From the NCBI GenBank assembly GCA_965602015.1, contig OZ271918.1, positions 2,272,001 through 2,336,000 on the forward strand: 64,000 nucleotides of DNA, in the 5' to 3' direction. Source of the stretch: Salinispira sp. Lineage in GTDB: Bacteria > Spirochaetota > Spirochaetia > DSM-27196 > Salinispiraceae. The notes beneath the pieces were generated by a model. That model saw only the letters and a program-made list of their open reading frames with translations. It had not been told where the DNA came from and made no database searches. The position numbers and the translations under genes were made by a program. Below are positions 36,641 to 46,442 of this stretch, piece by piece. The stretch's first letter is position 1. Each line of letters starts with the position of its first letter.

Positions 36641-37093
36641 TTACTCTCCTAAACCGAGTTTTTTGTTCAGCCTGATGTATTCTGCAATTTCATCGTCGCT
36701 GAGATGAGCGCAGGCTCGCTCGATACCCTCAGAGACCCGTTTGTAGCATTCGGCGATAAGCGGCCTGCCCTTCTCAGTGAGAGAAACCACGGTATGCCGA
36801 CGGTCTTGGCTGTCCTGAATCCGGTGCACCAGGTTTTTTTCAACAAGCCGCTGCACGGCGATTGAAATGTTCCCCCGGGACTTCAGGATTTTATCCGCAA
36901 CCTCCGACTGATGCAGACATCCTTTGAAATACAGCGCCTCGAGAATCGCGAATTCCGTCGGGCTAACCTTATCTTCCAGCGGATCATCGGAAAAACTCAT
37001 CTGCAAAAAGCTGTCGCTGGCCCGCATCAGGGTGGTGAACAGCTTCACAGATCGTTTTCGTCGTTCGGATTCTCCAATGGATACTGAGCTCAT
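36641..37093 (-). CDS. MarR-family regulator (MhqR-like)
   Basis: EFAILEALYFKG...ILKSRGNI...DRR...LTEKG. Stop is 2 nt before the wrbA start. Confidence 0.88.
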   Translation of the reverse strand: MSSVSIGESERRKRSVKLFTTLMRASDSFLQMSFSDDPLEDKVSPTEFAILEALYFKGCLHQSEVADKILKSRGNISIAVQRLVEKNLVHRIQDSQDRRHTVVSLTEKGRPLIAECYKRVSEGIERACAHLSDDEIAEYIRLNKKLGLGE

Positions 37094-37099
37094 GTGGTT

Positions 37100-37148
37100 A
37101 ATATAGCGATATATTGTTTAGAGTCAAATAGTTTATTGCTAAACTATT
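37100..37148 (-). promoter_or_regulatory. promoter and MarR-type operator palindrome
   Basis: TTGACT (37127-37122) - 16 nt - TATATT (37105-37100). AATAGTTTA-TTGC-TAAACTATT at 37127-37148. Confidence 0.7.
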
Positions 37149-37234
37149 AATTTTTATTTACCGGGCACCAGCCAGTGCCCCGAAAACAGCTGATTTCCTC
37201 ATCCAAACGGTACAGATCCGTAGGTAAATAGGAT

Positions 37235-37987
37235 TCAGCTAAAGTCTTCAAAAAACAGTTCATGGGTTTCAGGAGTTCCGTAGCCCGGAAGGCTTCGGCG
37301 TTTCATACCTCGTGAAGAGATGGCGGTTTCGACGATGGTCCGGTTAAACGGATGGGTGTCTTCATCATTGAGGTATTCAGTAACAGGCATCCACCGGGCC
37401 TCCTCGATTTCGGAGGTATCGAGGACGATATCAGAATTCAGCGGCTTGAGCCTGCAAATGAAGTAAATATCCGATTTTCCGTAGCGGTAGCCGTGCCAGT
37501 GCCGAAAACCGGTAAGCGATATAAATTCCGTCCGTATTCCCGTCTCCTCAAGAACTTCGCGCATTACCGCTTCTGAGATATGCTCCCGTTTATCCAAGGC
37601 TCCTCCGGGCAGTTTCCAATGCCGGCGCTGGCGCCGAAAGCGCTCCTGAACCACCAAAATGCGCTTTTGCTTATCTATCACCACTCCGCCTGCTCCAATG
37701 TAATGGGTGGCATAGGCGGGAATATGCGCATCGGGATGCAGAGCAAGGACGAGCTGTAAATTTCCCTCTTCTGCATGATGATAGGCGAATCCCCGACTTA
37801 CCGCCGGGTCAACCAGGATAGAGAGCGCCGGGGGCAGGTTGAGCCATATGAGTTTTGCGCCGTTTTCCCGAAGATATCCGATGGTTTCATCCAGATCATC
37901 TTCCCAGCGTCGGGGATCGTCAATGTGGGTGAGGGGCGAAAGGGAGGCGCCGGCAAATCTGTCGCGTACATAGTCGAGAATGGCCAT
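37235..37987 (-). CDS. NUDIX hydrolase (NUDT6-like with N-terminal extension)
   Basis: Nudix box GGALDKREHISEAVMREVLEETG, plus GFAYHHA and KSDIYF. Confidence 0.88.
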   Translation of the reverse strand: MAILDYVRDRFAGASLSPLTHIDDPRRWEDDLDETIGYLRENGAKLIWLNLPPALSILVDPAVSRGFAYHHAEEGNLQLVLALHPDAHIPAYATHYIGAGGVVIDKQKRILVVQERFRRQRRHWKLPGGALDKREHISEAVMREVLEETGIRTEFISLTGFRHWHGYRYGKSDIYFICRLKPLNSDIVLDTSEIEEARWMPVTEYLNDEDTHPFNRTIVETAISSRGMKRRSLPGYGTPETHELFFEDFS

Positions 37988-38065
37988 GGACCATATGGTA
38001 TCGCAAATGTCTATCGTGTGGTAGTTATTTCCGCAGGCATCGGCCCTCAGGAATTGGCCCTCTGC

Positions 38066-39589
38066 TCAGCGCTTGAGATAGGAAAGACAGGATGGAAGCA
38101 TAATATTATTTCCAAAATCATCTTCGCCGTAGCCGCATTCCGCCAGGCTCTTTAAATCCTTCAGCACCCGCTTGTCACCCCTGAACTTCACCGTCAGGTC
38201 GGTTCGAATATCGATGCTCCCCTCCGCCAGGAGCTGAGCGATAACCCGGTTAACGTATTCGGCGTAGGATTCCTCGGGAGCTTTTTCAAGCTCTGGGGGC
38301 TCGAGATTGATATTGTAGCTGATGAGCTGGTTTCGCTCCGCAAGCTGGCTCAGGGCCGCCCGGGCTACGTCTCGCGGTTGACCCAAACCCGGGGGCAGAT
38401 CCACCACATCCAGTTCGGAAACGACTTTTGCAATGCGCTTGCGCTTTTCCGCGTTGATCTTTTCATTAACCCGAAACAATTCCAGCGGCAGTCCCGCATC
38501 GCATTCAAGATCGGAGATATCGAGACTGACATTGCTGCCGTAATGCTGAACAATTTTCGCCACCAGGGTGGACGGACGGACATGAAAACCCCGGTAGTTG
38601 GGAACCGGCACCTCAATTTCGCCGTATTCCGCGTAACTGGCTATCACCTCCCGGCACAGGGAAATGCTTCCCTCCAGGAACTGATCGGCGTAGCTAAGGC
38701 TGTAGCGGAAAACGAGACGGAGAACCTCTTCCCTGCTCATGGGCAGGGGAATGGCCGGCTCGGTCTTGCCGCCGGGGGACATATGCCGTTCATAATAATG
38801 GATGAGATTGGTGGCCAGTTCCAGAAGATGATAAATGATGGATGCATGACCCCGTATCAGGGGCAGGCGGGCATCCACCGACTCGATATTGGTGTCAGCC
38901 AGCCGGGTGTCATAGACGCTCTGCAGATTGTGGAACTGCACTTCCAAATCCCGCAATGAACTCTCGCTGATCTGATCGGGAATGTACCGGGGGTACTCCG
39001 ACGGATCCTCCTCACTGAGGTCGTGAATCTCCGTCTCGGTAAAGAGGTTGAGAAAGGCTGTGGCCATGTTTACCACGACGGCTTCCCGGTCTTTTACCGG
39101 CGGTTTGATCCGGTCTTTCGGCAGGGCTGCGGAAGGCAGGGGCAGTTTGAAGTCGAAGGCATGATAGAAGTCGCTTTCCACCAGCCCGTACTCCTTGCCG
39201 AATTTAGAAAAGGTCAGAAGAGAGCGGCGCAGACCCTCCACAAGACTGGAGAGGGTAAGCCCGGTATCCCGCAGGAAGCCTTCGATGTTTCCCGCGAGTT
39301 TGTAGTGCGGGCTGGCTGACCGGATATGCATGGCGATATAGCTGACATTCGCAAACATTTTTACCGAGGCAATGCATTCCCTGAAGGGGAACCACCGGGA
39401 GTTATTTTTCGCCCCGCTGTAGTCCACGAATTCTTCGAGGCGGGTGGCAAGTGACAACACGATACCGACGTATTGGCTGCTGGGCCATTCGGGGTCATCC
39501 TCGGCGGCGAATTGGGCGAGCTCGCACAGCCGATCGCTGAAAGGCGCTAAAAATTTGAGAAATTCTACGTCGTTAAGCTCTCTTTCCAT
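38066..39589 (-). CDS. large protein with a C-terminal HPr-like phosphocarrier domain
   Basis: VPNYRGFHVRPSTLVAKIV resembles the HPr G-x-H-x-R-P active-site loop. The N-terminal ~320 aa are helical and unassigned. Confidence 0.7.
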   Translation of the reverse strand: MERELNDVEFLKFLAPFSDRLCELAQFAAEDDPEWPSSQYVGIVLSLATRLEEFVDYSGAKNNSRWFPFRECIASVKMFANVSYIAMHIRSASPHYKLAGNIEGFLRDTGLTLSSLVEGLRRSLLTFSKFGKEYGLVESDFYHAFDFKLPLPSAALPKDRIKPPVKDREAVVVNMATAFLNLFTETEIHDLSEEDPSEYPRYIPDQISESSLRDLEVQFHNLQSVYDTRLADTNIESVDARLPLIRGHASIIYHLLELATNLIHYYERHMSPGGKTEPAIPLPMSREEVLRLVFRYSLSYADQFLEGSISLCREVIASYAEYGEIEVPVPNYRGFHVRPSTLVAKIVQHYGSNVSLDISDLECDAGLPLELFRVNEKINAEKRKRIAKVVSELDVVDLPPGLGQPRDVARAALSQLAERNQLISYNINLEPPELEKAPEESYAEYVNRVIAQLLAEGSIDIRTDLTVKFRGDKRVLKDLKSLAECGYGEDDFGNNIMLPSCLSYLKR

Positions 39590-39641
39590 CTCTTCATAAA
39601 ATGATACTGTATTTCACTGATTTTTTCCCATGATACGCGGT

Positions 39642-40424
39642 CTAATCGGGAATCTCCCCCACCCCATCGATAATGATGCCCGGCTGATAGGCGAATTTCC
39701 GGATGTTTTCCCGATCCGATACACCGCTGAGCACAAGCACCGTATCTATTTCCGACTCGATTCCGGCAATCATGTCGGTATCCATCCGGTCTCCGATAAT
39801 TGCCGTGTCCTCTCTTCTGGCAGCAAGCCGCTTGATGGCATGCCGCATCATCAGGGGGTTCGGCTTCCCCACAAAGTAGGCTTTCGAGCCGGTGGACATT
39901 TCAACGGGAGCAATAAGAGAGCCGGTGGCCGGCACAATGCCTTTTTCGATGGGACCGGTGAGGTCGGGATTCGTACCGATGAGCTTTGCACCCTTCCTCA
40001 CGAGGTTTACCGCACGGGTGAGATTTTCAAAGTTATAGCTTCGGGACTCCCCCACCACCACATACTCCGGATTGATTTCATTTATTGTATATCCGATATC
40101 GTACAAGGCATTGAGCAGGCCCGCTTCGCCGATGACATAGGCGTCCCCACCGGGTTTTTGACTTTTCAGAAAGGCGGCGGTAGCCAGGGCGCTGGTGTAA
40201 AAATGCTCTGCTCCCACATCCACCCCCAGCCTGGAAAGCTTCTGGTTTAATTCCCTCGGTGAGCGTTCGGAGCTGTTGGTCAGGAAGAGGAACTTTTTAT
40301 TACGGGCGCTCAACCATTGAATGAACTCACGGGCTCCGGGCAACAGGGTGTTTCCATGGTAGATAACTCCATCCATATCGCAGATGAAGGCTTTTTTTGC
40401 CCGGATTTTTTCGATATCTAGCAT
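39642..40424 (-). CDS. nagD: HAD-IIA phosphatase, NagD-like
   Basis: DMDGV, LTNSS, GKP and IGDRMDTD motifs. Confidence 0.88.
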   Translation of the reverse strand: MLDIEKIRAKKAFICDMDGVIYHGNTLLPGAREFIQWLSARNKKFLFLTNSSERSPRELNQKLSRLGVDVGAEHFYTSALATAAFLKSQKPGGDAYVIGEAGLLNALYDIGYTINEINPEYVVVGESRSYNFENLTRAVNLVRKGAKLIGTNPDLTGPIEKGIVPATGSLIAPVEMSTGSKAYFVGKPNPLMMRHAIKRLAARREDTAIIGDRMDTDMIAGIESEIDTVLVLSGVSDRENIRKFAYQPGIIIDGVGEIPD

Positions 40425-40527
40425 GCATCCTCCCGTGGGATCCGTCCGCCGATTGCGCCTGTGGTAATTATCAGCTTACCGCGCCGTCTGCAATTCGCAC
40501 AATAACAATGCACCCCCGAGAAAAAAA

Positions 40528-41325
40528 TCACAAATCCCGATAAGCGCGCCGATCCGGCAATCCGGACAGGACACCGTAATACGAAAGCCCCTCAAGGACT
40601 CCGGCGGCGAAGGGTTTTTCGGCGACGAAGGCCCCCCTGCTTGTAGCCGCAGACATCAACTCCGGAAGGGCGTTGCCAACGGCAATTCCCCGCACCCCGT
40701 CGAGGGCGAACATTGAACTGTCATTTCCCGTATCTCCGGCGACCAGACAGGCCTCGGGAGAAATTTTCAGCCAGGCGGCAAGCCATGCCAGGGCATTTCC
40801 CTTGTTGGCCTTTGCCGGCAGGATGTCCAGATCCCGGTCAGAGGAGTAAATCAGGTTTACTTCCAGATTTTGCCCATGGAGGGAGGCGAGGATTTCCTCT
40901 AGCTGCTGTGGAGTAGCATTGTGCAGGTACCAGCTCGACTTAAAGCGATTTTGAAACTTCTCCGCCTGCATTTCAGCATGCGGAAAGGTTCTCATCACCT
41001 TTAAAACCACATCGAGGTCCCATCCCTTATTGAGGGAATCGGAAAACTCATTAAGCACCGTTTTGGCGGCAAAATCGTAAATAACCGTGCCGACCCCGCA
41101 TATCAGGTAATCGGGATCCGGCAGGTCCGTGGTTTCAACGGCTTCAAGACTGTGGTCCAACAGCCTTCCCGAGTTATACACGAGGTAGGGGGAAGAGTTT
41201 TTGTCACTGCCGGATCCGTTTCTCCTCAAAGCCTCCCAGTTTTTTTTGAAGGCCAGGGTCGCAGCCGGATCGCCAAGCAAGGTTCCGTCCAGATCGGAGG
41301 AGAACAGTGCAAATGATGGAGGCAT
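40528..41325 (-). CDS. mfppA: HAD-IIB sucrose-phosphate-phosphatase family, mannosylfructose-phosphate phosphatase-like
   Basis: SDLDGT, YNSGR, KSSW.LH, YSSDRDLDILP, KG and AGDTGND. Directly follows the synthase gene. Confidence 0.78.
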   Translation of the reverse strand: MPPSFALFSSDLDGTLLGDPAATLAFKKNWEALRRNGSGSDKNSSPYLVYNSGRLLDHSLEAVETTDLPDPDYLICGVGTVIYDFAAKTVLNEFSDSLNKGWDLDVVLKVMRTFPHAEMQAEKFQNRFKSSWYLHNATPQQLEEILASLHGQNLEVNLIYSSDRDLDILPAKANKGNALAWLAAWLKISPEACLVAGDTGNDSSMFALDGVRGIAVGNALPELMSAATSRGAFVAEKPFAAGVLEGLSYYGVLSGLPDRRAYRDL

Positions 41326-41343
41326 GTGCATCTCCCTTTCCAA

Positions 41344-42678
41344 TCAGGCCGGGCCTGCATCAGTGAGGGTTTCCACCTCGTTGAGCAGGTGCTGTGCAAT
41401 TCCCGTCCAGGTAAACCTGGCCCGGGCCCGCTGAGCACCCCGGAGCTTGAGGCGGTCGTGAAGCCCGCGGTGCTGAAGAACCTGATACATATTAATCCCC
41501 AGCTCCTGCTTGTCGAAAGGATCGGCGAACAGGGCGTGCACTCCGTAGTCGAGAACCCGGTGTAGCCCGCCGTTCATGGTTACCACGCAGGGGGTACCGC
41601 TGGCCATTGCCTCGATGGCAGTCATTCCGAACGGCTCGTAGCGGCTCGATAGCACAAAGAGATCAGCAGCGCGGTAGTACTCCGGCAGGTCCTCGTCACT
41701 AATGTACCCCATAAAATCCACGCACTCCTGGACGCCGCCGTTTTTGGCGACACTCTGCAGTTTTTCGAAAATCGCCTGCTCGGAAGGACTGCGGTCGTCG
41801 TGTCCGATTGCCAGAACGAGCCGGGCGTCGGGGATGCGCTGATGCACCAGGGAGAACGAATCGATAAGAAGGTCCAGACCCTTGTTATCCGCCAGACGGG
41901 ACACGGCGAAAACCGTCGGCCCCCTCCAGTTTAGCTGGGTACGCAAGGCTTCGCGGCTTGATTCTCCCACGGGGTAAAACCGGTTGTCGTCATAGCCCGG
42001 AGGAATCATCCGCATATCTGTCTGGGATACGTCGTAATCTTCGCCGATTTTGTCGACCTGAATGGGCGTCGTTGCAATGAGCAGGTCGCAGGTGCGGTAT
42101 ATACGGTTTTCGTGGGCAATCCGCTCGTTGAAATTATACTTTTCCTCGAAGGAATCGGCATTCTCCCGGTAATCGGTCTGCATTTGCTCTTTCTTCCAGC
42201 TGCCGATCGAGTGGGGCGTATGAACATGGGGAATTTCCAGCTGCTCGGAAATCAACTGACCGGCGAGTCCCGCATCCCAGTAATGGGAATTCACAAAGCT
42301 GTACTCCAGATTGTGACGGTCTATGTATGCCTTGGCGTTTTTAACCCATTCGGGGATATTTTTATACAGATATTCCTTGGGGATGAAGTCCTTGCCCCCG
42401 CAGGGCACACGGATAACCCGGACGTTTTCATCCACGCTTTCCACCTGCACCTGATCTTCGAACTGTCGGGTCCAAATGTCGACCTTGTACCCGAATTGAG
42501 CGATTTTTTTTGAGAGCTCGATAACATATACCACCTGGCCCCCGGTGTCCGGAGCTCCGAGAGGCGGATCTGCGGCCACATACCCGTGGGTGGAAATCAT
42601 CATTATGCGCCGGGATGCGCTTGGTCTTAGATTCCCTTCTTTCTCGCCGCTTTGCGCCTTTTCGCCGTTATGTTCCAT
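41344..42678 (-). CDS. mfpsA: GT4 glycosyltransferase, mannosylfructose-phosphate synthase-like (sucrose-phosphate synthase family)
   Basis: ISTHGYVAA.PPLGA.DTGGQVVYV, PCGG.DFIPKEYL, NSHYWDAG, IPPGYDDNRF, SRYEPFGMTAIEAMASG and HALFADPFD. Confidence 0.82.
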   Translation of the reverse strand: MEHNGEKAQSGEKEGNLRPSASRRIMMISTHGYVAADPPLGAPDTGGQVVYVIELSKKIAQFGYKVDIWTRQFEDQVQVESVDENVRVIRVPCGGKDFIPKEYLYKNIPEWVKNAKAYIDRHNLEYSFVNSHYWDAGLAGQLISEQLEIPHVHTPHSIGSWKKEQMQTDYRENADSFEEKYNFNERIAHENRIYRTCDLLIATTPIQVDKIGEDYDVSQTDMRMIPPGYDDNRFYPVGESSREALRTQLNWRGPTVFAVSRLADNKGLDLLIDSFSLVHQRIPDARLVLAIGHDDRSPSEQAIFEKLQSVAKNGGVQECVDFMGYISDEDLPEYYRAADLFVLSSRYEPFGMTAIEAMASGTPCVVTMNGGLHRVLDYGVHALFADPFDKQELGINMYQVLQHRGLHDRLKLRGAQRARARFTWTGIAQHLLNEVETLTDAGPA

Positions 42679-42812
42679 GTTCTCTCCTTATTTTCTGCTC
42701 ATTCGTTGATGCTTATCACACTAACATACAAATCATCACGGCGAACGGCCAGTGGCCTTCAGTCTGCCCGGAGGTGCTTGTGCCCCGGGGCCTGCTGCAG
42801 TAGGGTATAGGT

Positions 42813-44480
42813 ATGAGCAGGAAACGCGACCGTTCCATCGGCGATTTTTGCGCCGATGAAGAGCTTCAGCCGGAAGACAAGCGGGGCTACGAACTAATCA
42901 GCGACGCCCGGGGAAACAAGGGTACCAGCTTCAGCCGTGAAGAGCGCAATAACCTGGGACTCCGGGGCCTTCTACCCTACGGCATTGCAACCCAGGATTT
43001 CCAGGTGAAGCGGGTGCTGTCAAATCTGGATACCAAGACGACGCCCATCGGTAAGTATATTTTTCTGCGCTCCCTGGAGAACCGCAACGAACGGCTCTAC
43101 TACCGGGTAATAATGGACCACATCCGCCAGTTGATGCCCATAATCTACACCCCCACTGTCGGTCAGGTATGCAAGGAGTTTGCCCAGATTTTTCGGCATG
43201 CCAAGGGATTCTACGTCACGCCGGAAGATCGGGGTCAGATCCGCCGCATCCTGGACAACTGGCCCAGGGACGAGGTGAAAATAATCGTCGTCACCGACGG
43301 TGAGCGGATTCTCGGCTTGGGAGATCTGGGCGCAAACGGCATGGGTATTCCCATCGGCAAACTGGACTTGTACATCGCCGGGGGCGGCATTGATCCTAAA
43401 TACTGCCTGCCGGTCATGCTCGACGTGGGCACTGAAAACGAAGAGCTGCTGAAAGATCCCCTCTACCTGGGCTGGCCGCATCGCCGCCTCAGGGGAGCCG
43501 AATATATGTCCCTGGTCGAGGAATTCGTTTTCGCCGTCCAGGACAAATTCCCCAAGGCGCTCATACAGTTCGAAGACTTCGCCACGCCCAATGCCTACCT
43601 TCTTCTCGAACGTTTCCGGGATGCGGTATTGTCATTTAACGATGACATTCAGGGCACCGCGGCAGTGGTGCTGGCCGGTTTAAAGGCGGCCATCCGCATC
43701 AGCCGGACGGCCTTCCGCGACCTAAAAGTGATGTTTTTGGGCGCGGGCTCCGCGGCCACGGGTATTGCCCGGCTACTGATAAAGGCCTACCAGTTTGCCG
43801 GCCTCAGCGAAGATGAGGCAAAGTCCCGGATTGTATTCGTCGATGAACACGGCGTCCTCATCACACAACGGGACGATTTGAAGGATTTTAACCGGGATTT
43901 CGCGGTGGACCGCAGCCCCACGGACTTCCTGACGGCAATAAAGGATTTTGCCCCCCACGCGCTTATCGGCGCCACCGGCGTCCCGGGCACCTTCAGCGAG
44001 GAAGCCCTGGGGATTATGTCGGAGGGAACCTCCCGGCCCATAGTGTTCGCCCTTTCGAATCCCACCGAACGGGCGGAATGCAGCGCGGAAGAAGCCTATG
44101 CCAGAACAGGCGGAACGGCGATTTTCGCCAGCGGCAGCCCGTTCCCCGGGCTGACCATGGGCGGCAAAAGCTTCGAGCCGGCGCAGGGGAATAACGTGTA
44201 TATCTTTCCCGGAGTGGGGCTTGGAGCCATCAGCGTGGCGGCAAGCAGGGTGTCAGACAGCATGTTTCTCGCCGCAGCGGAGTGCCTCGCCGGTCTGGTT
44301 GAGGAGGATGCCCTGGAGCGCGGCGCGGTCTACCCGCCGTTGAGCGACCTCCACAACATATCTCTTGAGGTGGCGGTTGCCGTCGCCCGGCAGGCCTATG
44401 ATGAAAACCTCGCTCGCCTGCCCCGCCCGGCGGACCTGAGAGAATTTATCGAAGCGCAGATGTACTCGCCGAAGTACTGA
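42813..44480 (+). CDS. maeA: NAD(P)-dependent malic enzyme (large type)
   Basis: PIIYTPTVG, VTDGERILGLGDLG, IQFEDF, FNDDIQGT, GAGSAA and ALSNPT. Confidence 0.93.
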   Translation: MSRKRDRSIGDFCADEELQPEDKRGYELISDARGNKGTSFSREERNNLGLRGLLPYGIATQDFQVKRVLSNLDTKTTPIGKYIFLRSLENRNERLYYRVIMDHIRQLMPIIYTPTVGQVCKEFAQIFRHAKGFYVTPEDRGQIRRILDNWPRDEVKIIVVTDGERILGLGDLGANGMGIPIGKLDLYIAGGGIDPKYCLPVMLDVGTENEELLKDPLYLGWPHRRLRGAEYMSLVEEFVFAVQDKFPKALIQFEDFATPNAYLLLERFRDAVLSFNDDIQGTAAVVLAGLKAAIRISRTAFRDLKVMFLGAGSAATGIARLLIKAYQFAGLSEDEAKSRIVFVDEHGVLITQRDDLKDFNRDFAVDRSPTDFLTAIKDFAPHALIGATGVPGTFSEEALGIMSEGTSRPIVFALSNPTERAECSAEEAYARTGGTAIFASGSPFPGLTMGGKSFEPAQGNNVYIFPGVGLGAISVAASRVSDSMFLAAAECLAGLVEEDALERGAVYPPLSDLHNISLEVAVAVARQAYDENLARLPRPADLREFIEAQMYSPKY

Positions 44481-44507
44481 GTTCCTGGCTCTCCTGTAAT
44501 AAAAACT

Positions 44508-44557
44508 TTGCCGATTGATCGCACAAGATATATCTTACCCGATATATCTTGTGCGAT
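44508..44557 (+). promoter_or_regulatory. promoter overlapped by a perfect 17-bp inverted repeat, candidate OhrR operator
   Basis: TTGCCG (44508-44513) - 17 nt - TATCTT (44531-44536). ATCGCACAAGATATATC-TTACCC-GATATATCTTGTGCGAT at 44518-44557. Confidence 0.8.
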
Positions 44558-44571
44558 GTATTGGAGGCAGC

Positions 44572-45969
44572 ATGAAAACGGTTCACAGTTTGGTAATCGG
44601 AGCGGGCTCGGGAGGCATTACCGCAGCAGTGACGGCGGCGGGATTCGGCAAATCGGTGATAATGGTAGATAAAAATCTTCCGGGCGGAGAATGCACCTGG
44701 TCGGGCTGCGTGCCCAGCAAGGCCCTCATTCACAAGGGGCAGGAAAGCTGGACAACCAGGCAGCTGGTTGCGGATTACGTTCCCGACCGGAAAGCCGCCA
44801 TGGACTACGTTCACCAGGTACGCGAAACCGTATACCAGCACGAAAGCCCCGAGGCATTAAAAAAAATGGGAATAGATTTTATCCAGGGAGAAGCCAGCTT
44901 TATCGACGGTAATACGGTTTTGGTGGGGGATGAAAAAATCCGGGCAAAGCGGATATTTATTGCCACCGGCTCCTCAGCCTTTGTCCCTCCCATCGAAGGC
45001 ATAAAAGATATTCCATTCCTCACAAATGAGAGCCTGTTTGAACTCGATAGTTTGCCTGAATCCATGATCGTGCTCGGCGGCGGCCCCATCGGCATAGAAT
45101 TGTCCCAGGCGATGGTGCGCCTAGGCGTGAAGGTCGATCTGGTAGAAATGATGGACAGAATTATGCCCCGGGAGGAAGAAGAACTCACTTCGCCCCTTCA
45201 GGACAAGCTCGTTGAGGAAGGCTTGGGCATTCATTGCGGGACCAAGGCCGTTCGGGCGGAAAAAGGCGAGAAGGGCGTTGTTCTCCATTGCCAGGACCCT
45301 GATAAAAAAGAGGTCGTTTTTACCGCTGATGCTATTCTTGTTGCGGTGGGGCGCAGAGCGAATGTCGACGGTTTGAAGCTTGAAGCCGCGGGCATCGACT
45401 ACAGCCCCAAGGGCATTGCGGTAAATCGGAAGATGGAAACCAGTGCGAAGGGCGTGTACGCCTTCGGTGATGTAACCGGCCCCTGGCTCTTTTCCCACAT
45501 GGCCAATACCCAGGGAATCCAGGCGGTACAAAACGCCCTTCTCCCTTTTTCACGCAAGGTAAGTGCACAGACGCCGGTGTGGGCCACATTTACCGAACCT
45601 GAGCTTGCCCGTTCAGGCCTCAGCGAGGCGGAAGCCAGGGAGCAGTACGGAAACCGCGTTCGCATCTACAAATACGATATGAATGATCTGGACCGAACCC
45701 GAACAGCAGGCCGGGGCATTGAGCAGGTCAAACTCGTTCTGGATAGAAAGGGCAGGGTCCTCGGGGCCACAATTCTGGCCGACCGGGCGGGGGAAATGAT
45801 TGGTGAAGTTCAGGTTATCCGAAGCCTGAAGGCCAATTTCGGAAAGCTGGCGGGAATAATCCACCCCTACCCCAGCTATGGAGAAGTCTTCCAGAAAATC
45901 GGGAAAAAGGTGCTGGTGGACAATCTGCTCAATCATCCGCTGGTAAAGCTGTTCAGGAAATCTTCGTGA
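44572..45969 (+). CDS. pyridine nucleotide-disulfide oxidoreductase (dihydrolipoamide dehydrogenase/MerA-like family)
   Basis: GAGSGG, GGECTWSGCVPSK redox CxxxxC, GGGPIG and HPYPSYGE. No MerA C-terminal Cys pair. Start ATG 44572 after GGAGG. Confidence 0.88.
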   Translation: MKTVHSLVIGAGSGGITAAVTAAGFGKSVIMVDKNLPGGECTWSGCVPSKALIHKGQESWTTRQLVADYVPDRKAAMDYVHQVRETVYQHESPEALKKMGIDFIQGEASFIDGNTVLVGDEKIRAKRIFIATGSSAFVPPIEGIKDIPFLTNESLFELDSLPESMIVLGGGPIGIELSQAMVRLGVKVDLVEMMDRIMPREEEELTSPLQDKLVEEGLGIHCGTKAVRAEKGEKGVVLHCQDPDKKEVVFTADAILVAVGRRANVDGLKLEAAGIDYSPKGIAVNRKMETSAKGVYAFGDVTGPWLFSHMANTQGIQAVQNALLPFSRKVSAQTPVWATFTEPELARSGLSEAEAREQYGNRVRIYKYDMNDLDRTRTAGRGIEQVKLVLDRKGRVLGATILADRAGEMIGEVQVIRSLKANFGKLAGIIHPYPSYGEVFQKIGKKVLVDNLLNHPLVKLFRKSS

Positions 45970-46442
45970 TCCGCGAAGACCTGCGGCTGGAGAACCAGCT
46001 TTGTTTCAGGGTGCATCGGCTTTCCAGGCAGTTCATCGGCCTGTATCAGCCCCTCCTGAACCGCCTGGGGCTGACCTACCCCCAATACCTGGTAATGCTC
46101 GTGTTGTGGGAAGAAGACAGCATGGATTACCAGGAGCTGGCCGACCGGCTGGATTACAGCACAGGAACCCTGACGCCGGTTATTCAGAGACTGGAGCAGG
46201 CAGGACTGATACAACGGGAGAAATGCAGCGTCGACCGCCGGCGTACACAGGTCTGCCTGCTGCCTGACGGGGAAGCCCTGCGCAGCGAGGTTGAGGCAAT
46301 GGCAGACATAATCAACGAAACCCGTATTGTGACCGGCGAAAAAAAGCTTTCACAATATGGCTCAGCCATAGACAGTCTCAGCAAGACCATTGAGCGCTTT
46401 GACTCCGCAAGCAAAAATAAAGAGAAAGAAGGAATACACTGA
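45966..46442 (+). CDS. ohrR: OhrR-like MarR regulator
   Basis: LENQLCF (redox Cys) and GLTYPQYLVMLVLWE signature. GTGA overlap with the upstream gene. Confidence 0.8.
   Translation: MIREDLRLENQLCFRVHRLSRQFIGLYQPLLNRLGLTYPQYLVMLVLWEEDSMDYQELADRLDYSTGTLTPVIQRLEQAGLIQREKCSVDRRRTQVCLLPDGEALRSEVEAMADIINETRIVTGEKKLSQYGSAIDSLSKTIERFDSASKNKEKEGIH

Noticed and set aside
44572..45969. Mercuric reductase (merA) call
   Set aside because: There is no C-terminal Cys-Cys pair, no NmerA domain and no mer genes. The His-x4-Glu motif points to an Lpd-like reductase.
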